A DNA stretch of 38,526 bases from Bdellovibrionales bacterium (GTDB lineage: Bacteria > Bdellovibrionota_C > UBA2361 > RFPC01). Shown here piece by piece: positions 8,300-16,633 of this stretch. The translations under genes were made by a program, and so were the position numbers. Below the pieces are notes generated by a model. It was not told the DNA's origin and searched no databases. It was given only the letters and a program-made list of their open reading frames with translations. The DNA is taken from the NCBI GenBank assembly GCA_020434565.1, contig JAGRAO010000005.1:1-38526 (forward strand), given 5' to 3'. The stretch's first letter is position 1. Every line of letters begins with the position of its first letter.

Positions 8300-9659
8300 C
8301 TGGGTCCAGCACTTCTTCACCAGCCTCGGGCTCTTCGGTAACCTCAACATCGTCGGCGACAGAGGACTGACGCTCCCCTCTACGAGCACTCCCTTGAAGT
8401 TTCTGCCCTTCGAGCTTAGCGGGATCAACCTCTAAGACTCTTCCGTTCTCCTCTGAGACAAGTAGAGTTCCGGACGGGAGAAAGAACAGCCGACGAGCAT
8501 CGAGAAAAAGGCTCTCACTCGAAAGCTCAAGAGAAAAATCATTCTTTTCTCTAAGTGGATTCTCTTTTTCGGCCACTCTCCAGAAGCGCAAAACACCATC
8601 GCGGCCGAGAGATGCAATCAGCGCTCTCTGAGGTGAATAAACAACATCACGAACCAGCCCGCTGTGAGCTACCATCCTCGTCAACAACTCTGGACCACGA
8701 ACCCGCCAAAGCTCTAACGCTCCGGTGTCGGTAGAGAGGAGAAATTCCTCTCTCCCAACCGCTACGATCTTTTCAATTCTCTCAGCTTTCCCGCGAGAAA
8801 CCTTCCGCCGGAGAGCTTCTCGTGTAAAGAATCCGATATCGAAGAGATCGTCATCGGGATAGGGTTGCTCACTTCCTTCGTCATAGGGCAACCAGATACT
8901 GACCCCTCCAGCCCAATCGCCGGAGAAAAAGGCTCTCCCATCAGGATGAACCAGAAGGGCACTCACAACTGTCCCGTGACCGAGATACCTCTCGATGTTT
9001 CGAGAGTCCGGACCACCAGAAGAACGAAACGAAAGATTCCACCGATAAATCTTGCCATCAGCTCCACCGAGTAGAACTCGCGGGCGAAAAGGATCAAGCT
9101 CCGCAGATGCTGCACGAGTCCGAATCACGTTCGTCTCGACCACCATTTTTTTTTCGAGAAGACCCCACACCTGGATTGCCGAACCGTTCTGAACAACGAG
9201 GAACGGGAGTTCCGTCTGGGTTGGAATCACCTTTGCATTGTCGGGGAGGGACATGTACAGACGGGAGTCACCAGACGCCAAATCCCACAGATAAACTTTC
9301 CCCTCGTTTGAAACACTCCAAAATGCGACCGGGCTCGGTCCCTCTTGCGAAGCTCCACTTATTGGAACGAGTACGATCTGAACCGAAGCGGCTGAAGGGT
9401 GTTCTGACGGAAGAGCTTCGCGCCAACTCTTGACTTTGTTCGGTGTACCCCTGGACCTTTTGTAGAGCAGATCCCAGTTCGCTTCATCGGAGGACAAAGA
9501 ATCACGGGACGGAGAGTCAGCGGGCACCGGATTGAAACTCTCTGGAACAAACCCCTCAAGCGAACCGCATCCTCCCAAAAGCAAAAGGACAACAAGGGCC
9601 GCACCTAAGTTCCGCCAAGATACTGGGAATAATGGCTTTTTCCTGAACTGCCCAGTCAT
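8271..9659 (-). CDS. WD40/beta-propeller-repeat lipoprotein
   Basis: ATG at 9657-9659 with AAGGGGAAAA upstream. The signal peptide carries lipobox LLLLGGCGS. Repeated ...W(D/N)L / ...VSIW / ...LELWRV / ...LRFWRV blade-like motifs. Acidic C-terminus. Confidence 0.65.
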   Translation of the reverse strand: MTGQFRKKPLFPVSWRNLGAALVVLLLLGGCGSLEGFVPESFNPVPADSPSRDSLSSDEANWDLLYKRSRGTPNKVKSWREALPSEHPSAASVQIVLVPISGASQEGPSPVAFWSVSNEGKVYLWDLASGDSRLYMSLPDNAKVIPTQTELPFLVVQNGSAIQVWGLLEKKMVVETNVIRTRAASAELDPFRPRVLLGGADGKIYRWNLSFRSSGGPDSRNIERYLGHGTVVSALLVHPDGRAFFSGDWAGGVSIWLPYDEGSEQPYPDDDLFDIGFFTREALRRKVSRGKAERIEKIVAVGREEFLLSTDTGALELWRVRGPELLTRMVAHSGLVRDVVYSPQRALIASLGRDGVLRFWRVAEKENPLREKNDFSLELSSESLFLDARRLFFLPSGTLLVSEENGRVLEVDPAKLEGQKLQGSARRGERQSSVADDVEVTEEPEAGEEVLDPDEIQEGSSW

Positions 9660-10037
9660 TGATTTTCCCCTTAACCCCCTCACCGACGAGGGCTGGCAAT
9701 AAGCCCCGTATACGCTTGAAAGTAATAGCCTTCCTGGGGCACTATGCCAGTCTCACATGTAAACAGAAAGTCCAGTGCAAGGACGACATGTGAGGGAACT
9801 CAGCGAAACCGTCTTCCACTGATTCTTTAAGAGCGGAAGACCAATGATCTGGGGCCTTGCATTTAGGGAACATGCATTAAAGGAAAGGAAGGGGCTAAAC
9901 AGCGCCGCTCTTCCGGGAAGACTTGTAGCTATATCGAGAGACAAGCGTCGAGTTTAAAGGCGGTGGTTACTCAACCCCGAAAAGCAGCTCGACGAGGCCT
10001 CGTAAGACAACCATTCCATTATTACAGGAGAAACAAT

Positions 10038-11849
10038 ATGTCTCGTGACTCTGTTGGTCAGTCAGCAGGTACAGAAGCTGAAACGGATATACAGCTTACG
10101 GATGTGCTCACAAACGACTCGCTCCGCTCAGCTATTTCGGGCAAAGGCTTCCCGTCCTCAGCTTCCAAGATCCACACGGAACTGAAGGCCAAGAAAAATC
10201 TTTGTATCGTCAGCTCTGGTTATGAGGACCTCCTTGTTCCTACGGTCATCGCCGCACTTGATCTCACAGAAGACGAAAAGAAAGTTTTGGTCGTCACGTC
10301 AGATCGGAATGTAGGAAAGAAGCTCGCAAAAGATTGTGAGAACCTCGGCGTACAAGTTTTCGTCGACATGTCTGAAGAGAGCCATGGCCGAGGGAGCATT
10401 TCACCCATTGGTGATGCAAAGCTCGTAGTCGGCACTCCGAATGAGTTACTCTTGACCGCTCAGGAACACCCTTATCATTACCACTCGACGATTGTAATCT
10501 GCCCAAAGAAACGGGGGAGTTCAGTTCCAACTGCTGAAATTTCAACTCTGCTGAGCACAGTTGACGAGGAAAGCGTATCTCTCAAAGTGTTAATCGGAAA
10601 TGAAATTCCTCAAGGTTACGAAAATCTCGTTTCAAGATACTGGAACGAAGGAAACCAATGCGAGGAGCTCAACCTCGATCGCGAGCAGATGCAGGCTGTC
10701 GATCACGTCTTTTTTGAAGTTGGCGCCGATCTCCTCGCAAAGCCCGAAGCTCTCTGTAATCTCATCACCGTCATGGGAAATCCGCGTGCCGCGGTTTTCT
10801 GTAATTCGCCGTCAGATACAGATCTCGTTGAGGTTCTCTTGAAGAAGCGTGGAATCTCAGCCAAGAAGCTCGTGGGACACATTCCCGACCGAGCTGTAGG
10901 TGGAATCATGGATCGAGTTCGAGAGGGCGAAGTAACAGCTCTCGTTCTTACCGACGTATCTGCTCAGCGGGTACCGGTTCAGGAGTTCGACATCGTGGTG
11001 AACCACGGGACGCCAGAGGATCCTCAAGCCTATCTTGATCGAATGGGTGCTCCGTCATCAAAGGCTCGGCTCAAAAAAGTCATCAGCCTTGTTGGAACAA
11101 CTGATGTAGGAAACTTCCACCATTTGAAAAAAGTCTCAAAAATTGACTTTGTCCAGGAATCGCTCCCCTCTTCGGAAGCAATAGCGCGAGCTGGCTTTGA
11201 TAACCTTAAGCGAGAAGCAATTGAGCATCTCGAAGGCATTCAAGCCGACTACTCCGAGACCATTAAGCTGATTCTGGAAGATGAGTCCAAGGAAGACCTC
11301 CTCCGATACCTGCTGCACGCCACTGTGGCGCTTCTCCCGGAAGCGAAAGCTCAAAGTTCTCGGGGGAGGAGAGATCGAAACGGACGCGATGACGAACGGG
11401 GTGACGATTCGCGGGATCGTCGCTCGCGAGACCGCGACAATCGCTCAGATCGAAGGGACTCAGACCGAGGTCGCGATCGTGACGACAGACCGAGCTTGCC
11501 TCCGAAGAAAGATGTCCGAATTTATGTGGGACAAGGAGAGAGTTCTGGTCTTACAGAAGAAAAACTTCTTCAACTCCTGAAGGACAACCTACCGGCAGAC
11601 GCAGCAGTTGAGCGGCACATCGTCCGAAGCTCGTATGCGTTCTTTGATGTCGACGAGTCCAAGGCCGAAGATGTCTTGAAGAAGATGGAAGCTCTCTCAC
11701 TTGATGGAGAGAACCTCTTTTCATGTCGTGCAACCATAATCTCCTCTCCGCGTGCGGCAGACGAAACAGCAGGCACCAGTGCTGAGGAAGCTTCCACTCC
11801 TCACGATGAGGGCTCTTCTAGCGAAGAGGAAGCGGCGTCAGAGCTGTAA
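10038..11849 (+). CDS. DEAD-box RNA-helicase-like protein with eroded ATPase motifs, Arg/Asp-rich low-complexity region and C-terminal DbpA/DeaD-type RNA-binding domain
   Basis: ATG at 10038 with AGGAGA 8 nt upstream. The RecA-like fold spacing is kept, but motif I reads SSGYED (not GSGKT), Ia TSDRNV, Ib TPNE, II IVICPK (not DEAD), V TDVSAQRV and VI YLDRMGAPSS (not HRIGRTGR). An (RD/RS)n tract follows. The terminal domain DVRIYVGQGESSGLTEEKLLQLL...FFDVDESKAEDVLKKMEALSLDGENL matches DbpA_RBD. Confidence 0.7.
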   Translation: MSRDSVGQSAGTEAETDIQLTDVLTNDSLRSAISGKGFPSSASKIHTELKAKKNLCIVSSGYEDLLVPTVIAALDLTEDEKKVLVVTSDRNVGKKLAKDCENLGVQVFVDMSEESHGRGSISPIGDAKLVVGTPNELLLTAQEHPYHYHSTIVICPKKRGSSVPTAEISTLLSTVDEESVSLKVLIGNEIPQGYENLVSRYWNEGNQCEELNLDREQMQAVDHVFFEVGADLLAKPEALCNLITVMGNPRAAVFCNSPSDTDLVEVLLKKRGISAKKLVGHIPDRAVGGIMDRVREGEVTALVLTDVSAQRVPVQEFDIVVNHGTPEDPQAYLDRMGAPSSKARLKKVISLVGTTDVGNFHHLKKVSKIDFVQESLPSSEAIARAGFDNLKREAIEHLEGIQADYSETIKLILEDESKEDLLRYLLHATVALLPEAKAQSSRGRRDRNGRDDERGDDSRDRRSRDRDNRSDRRDSDRGRDRDDRPSLPPKKDVRIYVGQGESSGLTEEKLLQLLKDNLPADAAVERHIVRSSYAFFDVDESKAEDVLKKMEALSLDGENLFSCRATIISSPRAADETAGTSAEEASTPHDEGSSSEEEAASEL

Positions 11850-11880
11850 AAACCAGTGCTCTAAGATAAGAGATTCGAGT

Positions 11881-13659
11881 TCAGGGGAGATGCAGCCGCT
11901 GCCCCACGGTGACTTTATTTGATTTGAGCTTGTTGCGTTGCTTTAACGCACTGACCGCTACGCCGTACTTTCGACTGAGAGACCAGAGCGAGTCTCCTTT
12001 TCGAACAAGAATGGAGCGGGACATCGGCTGTGGTGCTGGCATAGCCCTATCACCTTGGGAGGAATCCCCAACGATGAGAGACTGTCCTATTTTTATTCGT
12101 GATGACGAGAGCCCATTAAGACGCCTCAGTTCAGAAACCGATATGGCAAATTTTCGAGCAATCCCATAGAGCGTATCCCCAGGTTGTACCGTATATCGAT
12201 CGCTCGACTCAGACCTCGTCACGGTGCGGGTAGTTGAAACACTCTCCCTCACCGGAGGAGCGCTTTCTCTCTCAGATACGACCAATCTCTGCCCTACCCT
12301 TATGGAATCAGAGCTGAGGTTGTTCATTTCACGGAGGGCTGAGACCGAAGTACCAAACTTTTTGGCAAGCCGACCAAGTGAATCCCCAGAACGAACTTGA
12401 TAAACAACTCCCCCGTATACGGAGCTGGCGCTCATAGCCGTATCCACCCGCCTCTCAACGTTCGAAAGCTTTCCGACTCGATCAGAATAGTTCGCTGGGA
12501 TATTGAGGATGTATCCTTGCGGGACACGGTACTGACCCTTCCAAACACGAGGAAGCAACGCATAATTCACCGCCTGCAGCTCGTCTTGCGGAATACCGAG
12601 ATGAGAAGCAAGCACACTCACCGGCATGCTTGCTTCAACTTCCTTCCGTACTAATTGAAGCTTGGGGTGAGGAGAAATACCGGGGAAATATCTGGGGATG
12701 TTATCGTAAATCTCAAGCGCTGCGAGAAACTCGGGATAGAAATTCTGCGAGGCGAAACCAAACGGCTGTGGTGAAGAGTCCTCAACAATTCGAGCAATAT
12801 CTCTTGTTCCCAGCTGCTTTACCTTGCGTTCCACCCCATAAATTCCGTGATTGTAAGAGGTCAAAGCAAGAGGCCACGTTCCAAGCTTGCGATACGCGTC
12901 AAGGAGATATCTCGCAGCACCATGAGACGCCTTAACGACATCCCTTCGTTCATCAACAGCTCGATCAACTTTCATGTCATACAAACGGCCAGTTCTGGGC
13001 ATAAATTGCCAAATTCCTGCAGCTCCTACGGAACTGTACGCAGCGTAATCGAAAGAAGATTCCACGAACGGGAGTCGGGTTAACTCTACCGGGAGGCCAT
13101 ACTCCTCAACAAAGATCTTTTCAATGAGATGGAGATACCGACCAGACCTCTGGACAGCTTCTGCGTATCTCTCGCGGATTCCAGTCTGCGACCGAATCCA
13201 GTCCTCTTTAATGACGTCGTTGTACTTCTGCGGACCGGGCCCGAGCACAGACATGACTCCAGCGATTCGCTCCTCGAGGGCTGAACTCGGTGCCCGGCCA
13301 GCCGCCAAATGCTTCATCGCCGATTGAATCGCAGACTGGTGCCGCTTAAATGCGTCGGAACGGAGTCGCTTGAGAGCCCCCTCACTCAACGTCTGAGCCT
13401 CACGTTCGAAGTCAAGCACCTCAAAAACAATATGTGGATACATTCTGTGGTGGATCACCATATTGTTCTTGCCGTACTTACTAAAGATATCGATCCAGAA
13501 CTCGACCCGAGGTCGCATCTTTGCAGGAACGACAAAATCGGGATGGCGATTAAGGGACCGATGACCTCCTGACTGAGGTGAAGCCGAAACTATCTCAGCG
13601 TGCAGCGAGGCAAGTGGGAGGAGAAAACAAACAGCGAGCTTGAAAATCAGAGCCTTCAT
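11881..13659 (-). CDS. mltD: Membrane-bound lytic murein transglycosylase D-like (SLT domain + 3 LysM)
   Basis: Signal peptide. SLT catalytic region ESSFDYAAYSSVGAAGIWQFMPRTG. Three C-terminal LysM repeats (YQVRSGDSLGRLAKKFG, YTVQPGDTLYGIARKF, ILVRKGDSLWSLSRKYG). Confidence 0.8.
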   Translation of the reverse strand: MKALIFKLAVCFLLPLASLHAEIVSASPQSGGHRSLNRHPDFVVPAKMRPRVEFWIDIFSKYGKNNMVIHHRMYPHIVFEVLDFEREAQTLSEGALKRLRSDAFKRHQSAIQSAMKHLAAGRAPSSALEERIAGVMSVLGPGPQKYNDVIKEDWIRSQTGIRERYAEAVQRSGRYLHLIEKIFVEEYGLPVELTRLPFVESSFDYAAYSSVGAAGIWQFMPRTGRLYDMKVDRAVDERRDVVKASHGAARYLLDAYRKLGTWPLALTSYNHGIYGVERKVKQLGTRDIARIVEDSSPQPFGFASQNFYPEFLAALEIYDNIPRYFPGISPHPKLQLVRKEVEASMPVSVLASHLGIPQDELQAVNYALLPRVWKGQYRVPQGYILNIPANYSDRVGKLSNVERRVDTAMSASSVYGGVVYQVRSGDSLGRLAKKFGTSVSALREMNNLSSDSIRVGQRLVVSERESAPPVRESVSTTRTVTRSESSDRYTVQPGDTLYGIARKFAISVSELRRLNGLSSSRIKIGQSLIVGDSSQGDRAMPAPQPMSRSILVRKGDSLWSLSRKYGVAVSALKQRNKLKSNKVTVGQRLHLP

Positions 13660-13669
13660 GTCTTTGCTC

Positions 13670-15088
13670 TCATGACATTGATTTGGAGATTCGATCGAGT
13701 AAACGCTCCTCTAGTCTAGCTGCATCAGCCCCAGAGGACACCTTATTTTGAATCAACACGAACAGGAAACGGCGCGAGTTCTTGTTTATGACAAACCCGG
13801 CCAGTGATTTTACCCCATCAAGCGTGCCGGTTTTTCCCCTCACAAGCGGTGTAAAGTGCCTCTTTTCAAGGGTTCCGGTTCGGCCAGAAACCGCCAAAGA
13901 CCGCGCAAACTCAACGTCCCAATCGATAGATGCCTGGGCATCGCGCAACACCTGTAAGATCGCATAGGGACTTATTCGATTTTTATGACTCAGTCCCGAT
14001 CCATCAAAGACAGCATACTCGCCAGCTGGAATTCCCAAGCGACTGAGGTAACTCTCCAATTTTCTTAGACCGAAATCTCGCTCAAAGGTACCAGGAGTCA
14101 CTTCCCCAAGAGCCATAAGGAGCTGTTCGGCGATAAAATTACTACTGTAGTGGTTCAGATCCCGAATGATCTGTGCCAGCGGCCGCGACTCCAAAGTGTA
14201 AATGAGACTGCTATCAGCAGGCGTTTTTCCAGCTCGGATTCCCTCTCGAACCCGGACACCAAGGCGCTCGAGAAGTCGCTGAAAGACCGTTCCAACGTAA
14301 CTATCAACATCTTCAACACTTCTATAGACCGTTTCGCAACTTCGATTGTGACCAAACGTTCCGGCTACTCGATACACTGGAGCAGCAAACGAGGCATTGC
14401 GACCACCGCCTGGGAGCTCATCCAAACGGAACTGTCCAGCCCCACGGGGTATAGTCTGAATGCTTCCATCGACTCTGACCGGGTACTCAAAGGGATCAAC
14501 CGTAATTCGAGCTGGTGCTCCAGAGCCCGCGGGACAGATGTAGAACGAGACTGAATTAAAGTTGAAAGCCAGGGCCGATGCCCCGGCTTGATACGCTCGC
14601 TGCCCACTTCTTTCGGCAGCTCCAGAGAACGCCGTGCTATCGATAAAGAGTTTTCCGATAGACGAGACACCTCGTAACTTGAGTGTACGCGCAAGCAGCC
14701 ACAGATTTTCAATTGTGAGATCCGGCGCGCCACCTCCCCTTAAGTAGACTTCGCCAGCATCACTTCCAACAAGACGCCGGCCATACACCAACGTCTTAAA
14801 CCGATACTGCGGTCCCAACTCGTGCATGGCTGTTCCAGTGGTGACAAGTTTCAAAATGCTCGCCGGCTTGAGTGGCCGTCGAGCATCCCTCTCATACAAG
14901 ACCCGTTGGGACTCGGGATCGTACAGAATAAACCCAGCATTCGGGTGATGCGAGAGAAGGGAACTCAGCTGAGAAGTAAGCGAGGAGTCCGGAGGAGTCT
15001 TTGCAAGAGAGATAGAAGTGAGAAAGAGAGAGAGGAAGCCAAGTGCCAGACAGGCTAATAGCCGCCCGAGGGAAACAGTTCTCCTCAT
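13670..15088 (-). CDS. dacB: D-alanyl-D-alanine carboxypeptidase/endopeptidase, PBP4 (peptidase S13) family
   Basis: Signal peptide. SxxK ASILKL, SxN YSSNF and KTG RGKTGTL in PBP4 order and spacing. Confidence 0.75.
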   Translation of the reverse strand: MRRTVSLGRLLACLALGFLSLFLTSISLAKTPPDSSLTSQLSSLLSHHPNAGFILYDPESQRVLYERDARRPLKPASILKLVTTGTAMHELGPQYRFKTLVYGRRLVGSDAGEVYLRGGGAPDLTIENLWLLARTLKLRGVSSIGKLFIDSTAFSGAAERSGQRAYQAGASALAFNFNSVSFYICPAGSGAPARITVDPFEYPVRVDGSIQTIPRGAGQFRLDELPGGGRNASFAAPVYRVAGTFGHNRSCETVYRSVEDVDSYVGTVFQRLLERLGVRVREGIRAGKTPADSSLIYTLESRPLAQIIRDLNHYSSNFIAEQLLMALGEVTPGTFERDFGLRKLESYLSRLGIPAGEYAVFDGSGLSHKNRISPYAILQVLRDAQASIDWDVEFARSLAVSGRTGTLEKRHFTPLVRGKTGTLDGVKSLAGFVINKNSRRFLFVLIQNKVSSGADAARLEERLLDRISKSMS

Positions 15089-15189
15089 AGTACTTTTTGA
15101 AACCTCAATGATCGAAGGTAGCTCACCTTTCCGCAGGCTTGCCCCTACGCAAAGCGCTAGAAAAACCCGATCCTATTTGGCAGCACATC

Positions 15190-15531
15190 CTATTTGGCTG
15201 TACACCGGAGCCCATCAAGGTCCTCCTCGCCAAGCGAAACGGTTTCTTCTTCATTTATCTTGATAAATTCTTTGAAATCTTCTGGAACAGCGGAGTCCTC
15301 ATAAATCGCCTCGACGGGACACTCGGTCTCACACGCACCGCAGTTAATGCATTCGTCGGGGTGAATGACGAGCAGACCAACCGTCTCATCCCCGTCATCT
15401 CCAGAGATCTCGACCCCGTACTGGCTGTTATATTTTTTCTTCCGGATATCGTAGAAACAGTCCACCGGACACACTTCGACACAAGAACGATCCTTGGTTC
15501 CGAGGCACGGTTTTGTAATCACGTAAGTCAT
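15190..15531 (-). CDS. fdxA: 7Fe-type ferredoxin ([3Fe-4S][4Fe-4S], FdxA-like)
   Basis: MTYVITKPC....SCVEVCPVDCFY...IHPDECINCGACETECPVEAI matches Azotobacter/Thermus 7Fe ferredoxin cysteine spacing. ATG 15529-15531 with AAGGAG 8 nt upstream. Confidence 0.8.
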   Translation of the reverse strand: MTYVITKPCLGTKDRSCVEVCPVDCFYDIRKKKYNSQYGVEISGDDGDETVGLLVIHPDECINCGACETECPVEAIYEDSAVPEDFKEFIKINEEETVSLGEEDLDGLRCTAK

Positions 15532-15684
15532 TGCCGACACTCCTTCGTGTAGAGAGCGTCGATACTACGACAGGAGGTCTGGCTTGAAAACCGGTCGGAA
15601 GCGCTGTTCACGGAAACTTTTTGTCGAAAGATCTAGGAAAAATTCCTGGACGGTACTCTGTATCGGGGCAACCGCTTTAACGGC

Positions 15685-15722
15685 AAAAAAAAGAGGCGAT
15701 TCAAGTGTCTTGAATCGCCCCC
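15685..15722 (-). terminator. Rho-independent terminator on minus strand (11-bp stem GGCGATTCAAG/CTTGAATCGCC followed by U8 on minus strand)
   Basis: On the plus strand: A8 then a perfect 11-bp inverted repeat with loop TGT. This gives hairpin plus U-tract on the minus strand, upstream of the fdx promoter. Confidence 0.6.
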
Positions 15723-15956
15723 AACTCGCAGAAAGGATGGTGTCATGCCTACTACATACAACATCGACGGTTTTTCTCTTTCTTTTAGAATTGGACGCTC
15801 CGAAGTAAAAATAAATTTACTGGTTTTTTCAGGGGGTTACTAAGCGTTTTGCCTCTTTTTCTCTTTGCCTGCTCATTCCATTCCCCAACCTACCAACCCC
15901 CACACAAGTTGCTAAGACTGCTCTACCTTCGCTATAACTCCCTTCTTTTCCCTTGC

Positions 15957-16030
15957 GGCCCGATCGCCAAGATGGCTAAGGCAATGGTTTGCAAAACCAT
16001 TATTCGCCGGTTCGAATCCGGCTCGGGCCT
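15957..16030 (+). tRNA. tRNA-Cys(GCA): tRNA-Cys (anticodon GCA)
   Basis: Acceptor GGCCCGA/TCGGGCC. Anticodon arm ATGGT-TTGCAAA-ACCAT with U33-GCA-A37. T-arm GCCGG-TTCGAAT-CCGGC. Discriminator U. No encoded CCA. T6 tract immediately 3'. Confidence 0.9.
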
Positions 16031-16086
16031 TTTTTGACCTTTCTTCTCGATCACAAATACGGGGAACCTTTGGGCAGTCTTAAACG

Positions 16087-16225
16087 AGAGTTCCCAGGGG
16101 CGCGAGCCGGATTCGAACAGAAAATGCTGCGAATCCGCCAAGCGATGGAACATCGCTTATTCGCTCGGGCCTTTTTTGACCTTCTGCAATGAGTTTCCTC
16201 CTTTGTTAAGTCTGTGGAAGAAGCC
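16087..16225 (+). repeat. Copy 1 of tandem ~135-bp tRNA-like structured repeat (87-bp core 16098-16184)
   Basis: The core is identical to 16398-16484 except 1 nt. It contains two perfect hairpins (CGGATTCG-N14-CGAATCCG; AGCGATG-GAA-CATCGCT) closed by an acceptor-like stem (GGCGCGA.../...TCGGGCC). It ends in the same 21 nt GCTCGGGCCTTTTTTGACCTT as the tRNA-Cys 3' end and tail. Confidence 0.7.
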
Positions 16226-16389
16226 GAACGGAGAAGACGCCGTCACGAGAAGTCGTGTAGCGTGCGATATCGAGGAGACCGACGGAGGGAGCGCGCAAGC
16301 AGCCTAGAGAGGCTACTGAGCACTCCCGACGAGGTTCGACGACGAGAGTGTGCGCTACACGAACTTCGGAGTAGGTGGATACTCCGAGA

Positions 16390-16525
16390 GGGTTCTTGGG
16401 CGCGAGCCGGATTCGAACAGAAAATGCTGCGAATCCGTCAAGCGATGGAACATCGCTTATTCGCTCGGGCCTTTTTTGACCTTCCCACAAATAGATTCCT
16501 TCTTTGTTAGGTCTTTGGGAGAGAG
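16390..16525 (+). repeat. Copy 2 of the tandem tRNA-like structured repeat (period 300 bp)
   Basis: See copy 1. The downstream 40 bp (ttcct(c/t)ctttgtta(a/g)gtct...) are also conserved with a few mismatches. Confidence 0.7.
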
Positions 16526-16633
16526 GTGATGCTTCGAAAGGATTCGCGGGCCTTGCGCAATCCCTGTCCTCGTCCTGCTCAAGCGCTCTCTGACCGCAGA
16601 GTTGCATTTTTGAGATTGCTTCTAGAACCGAGC

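Noticed and set aside
7685-8428. Long form of the lspA ORF (247 aa, starting at 8428)
   Set aside because: That start would overlap the upstream lipoprotein gene by ~160 nt. The LspA homology begins near MKFRKDLL, so I used the ATG at 8299.
9753-9944. 63-aa minus-strand ORF upstream of the helicase-like gene
   Set aside because: It lies in a divergent promoter / 5' UTR region that contains a 9-bp-stem hairpin (9752-9794). No RBS. Likely non-coding.
15849-16153. ORFs 15849..16037 (+) and 15932..16153 (-)
   Set aside because: They overlap tRNA-Cys(GCA) and the first tRNA-like repeat. There is no RBS and the RNA gene explains the region.
16093-16190. Possible tmRNA (ssrA) tRNA-like domain, suggested by the GGTTCGAATCCGGCTCGCGCC-like segment (reverse complement of the repeat 5' end)
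   Set aside because: There is no resume-codon or tag-peptide reading frame and no pseudoknot series. The element is only ~90 nt and duplicated. It is better described as a tRNA-derived repeat.
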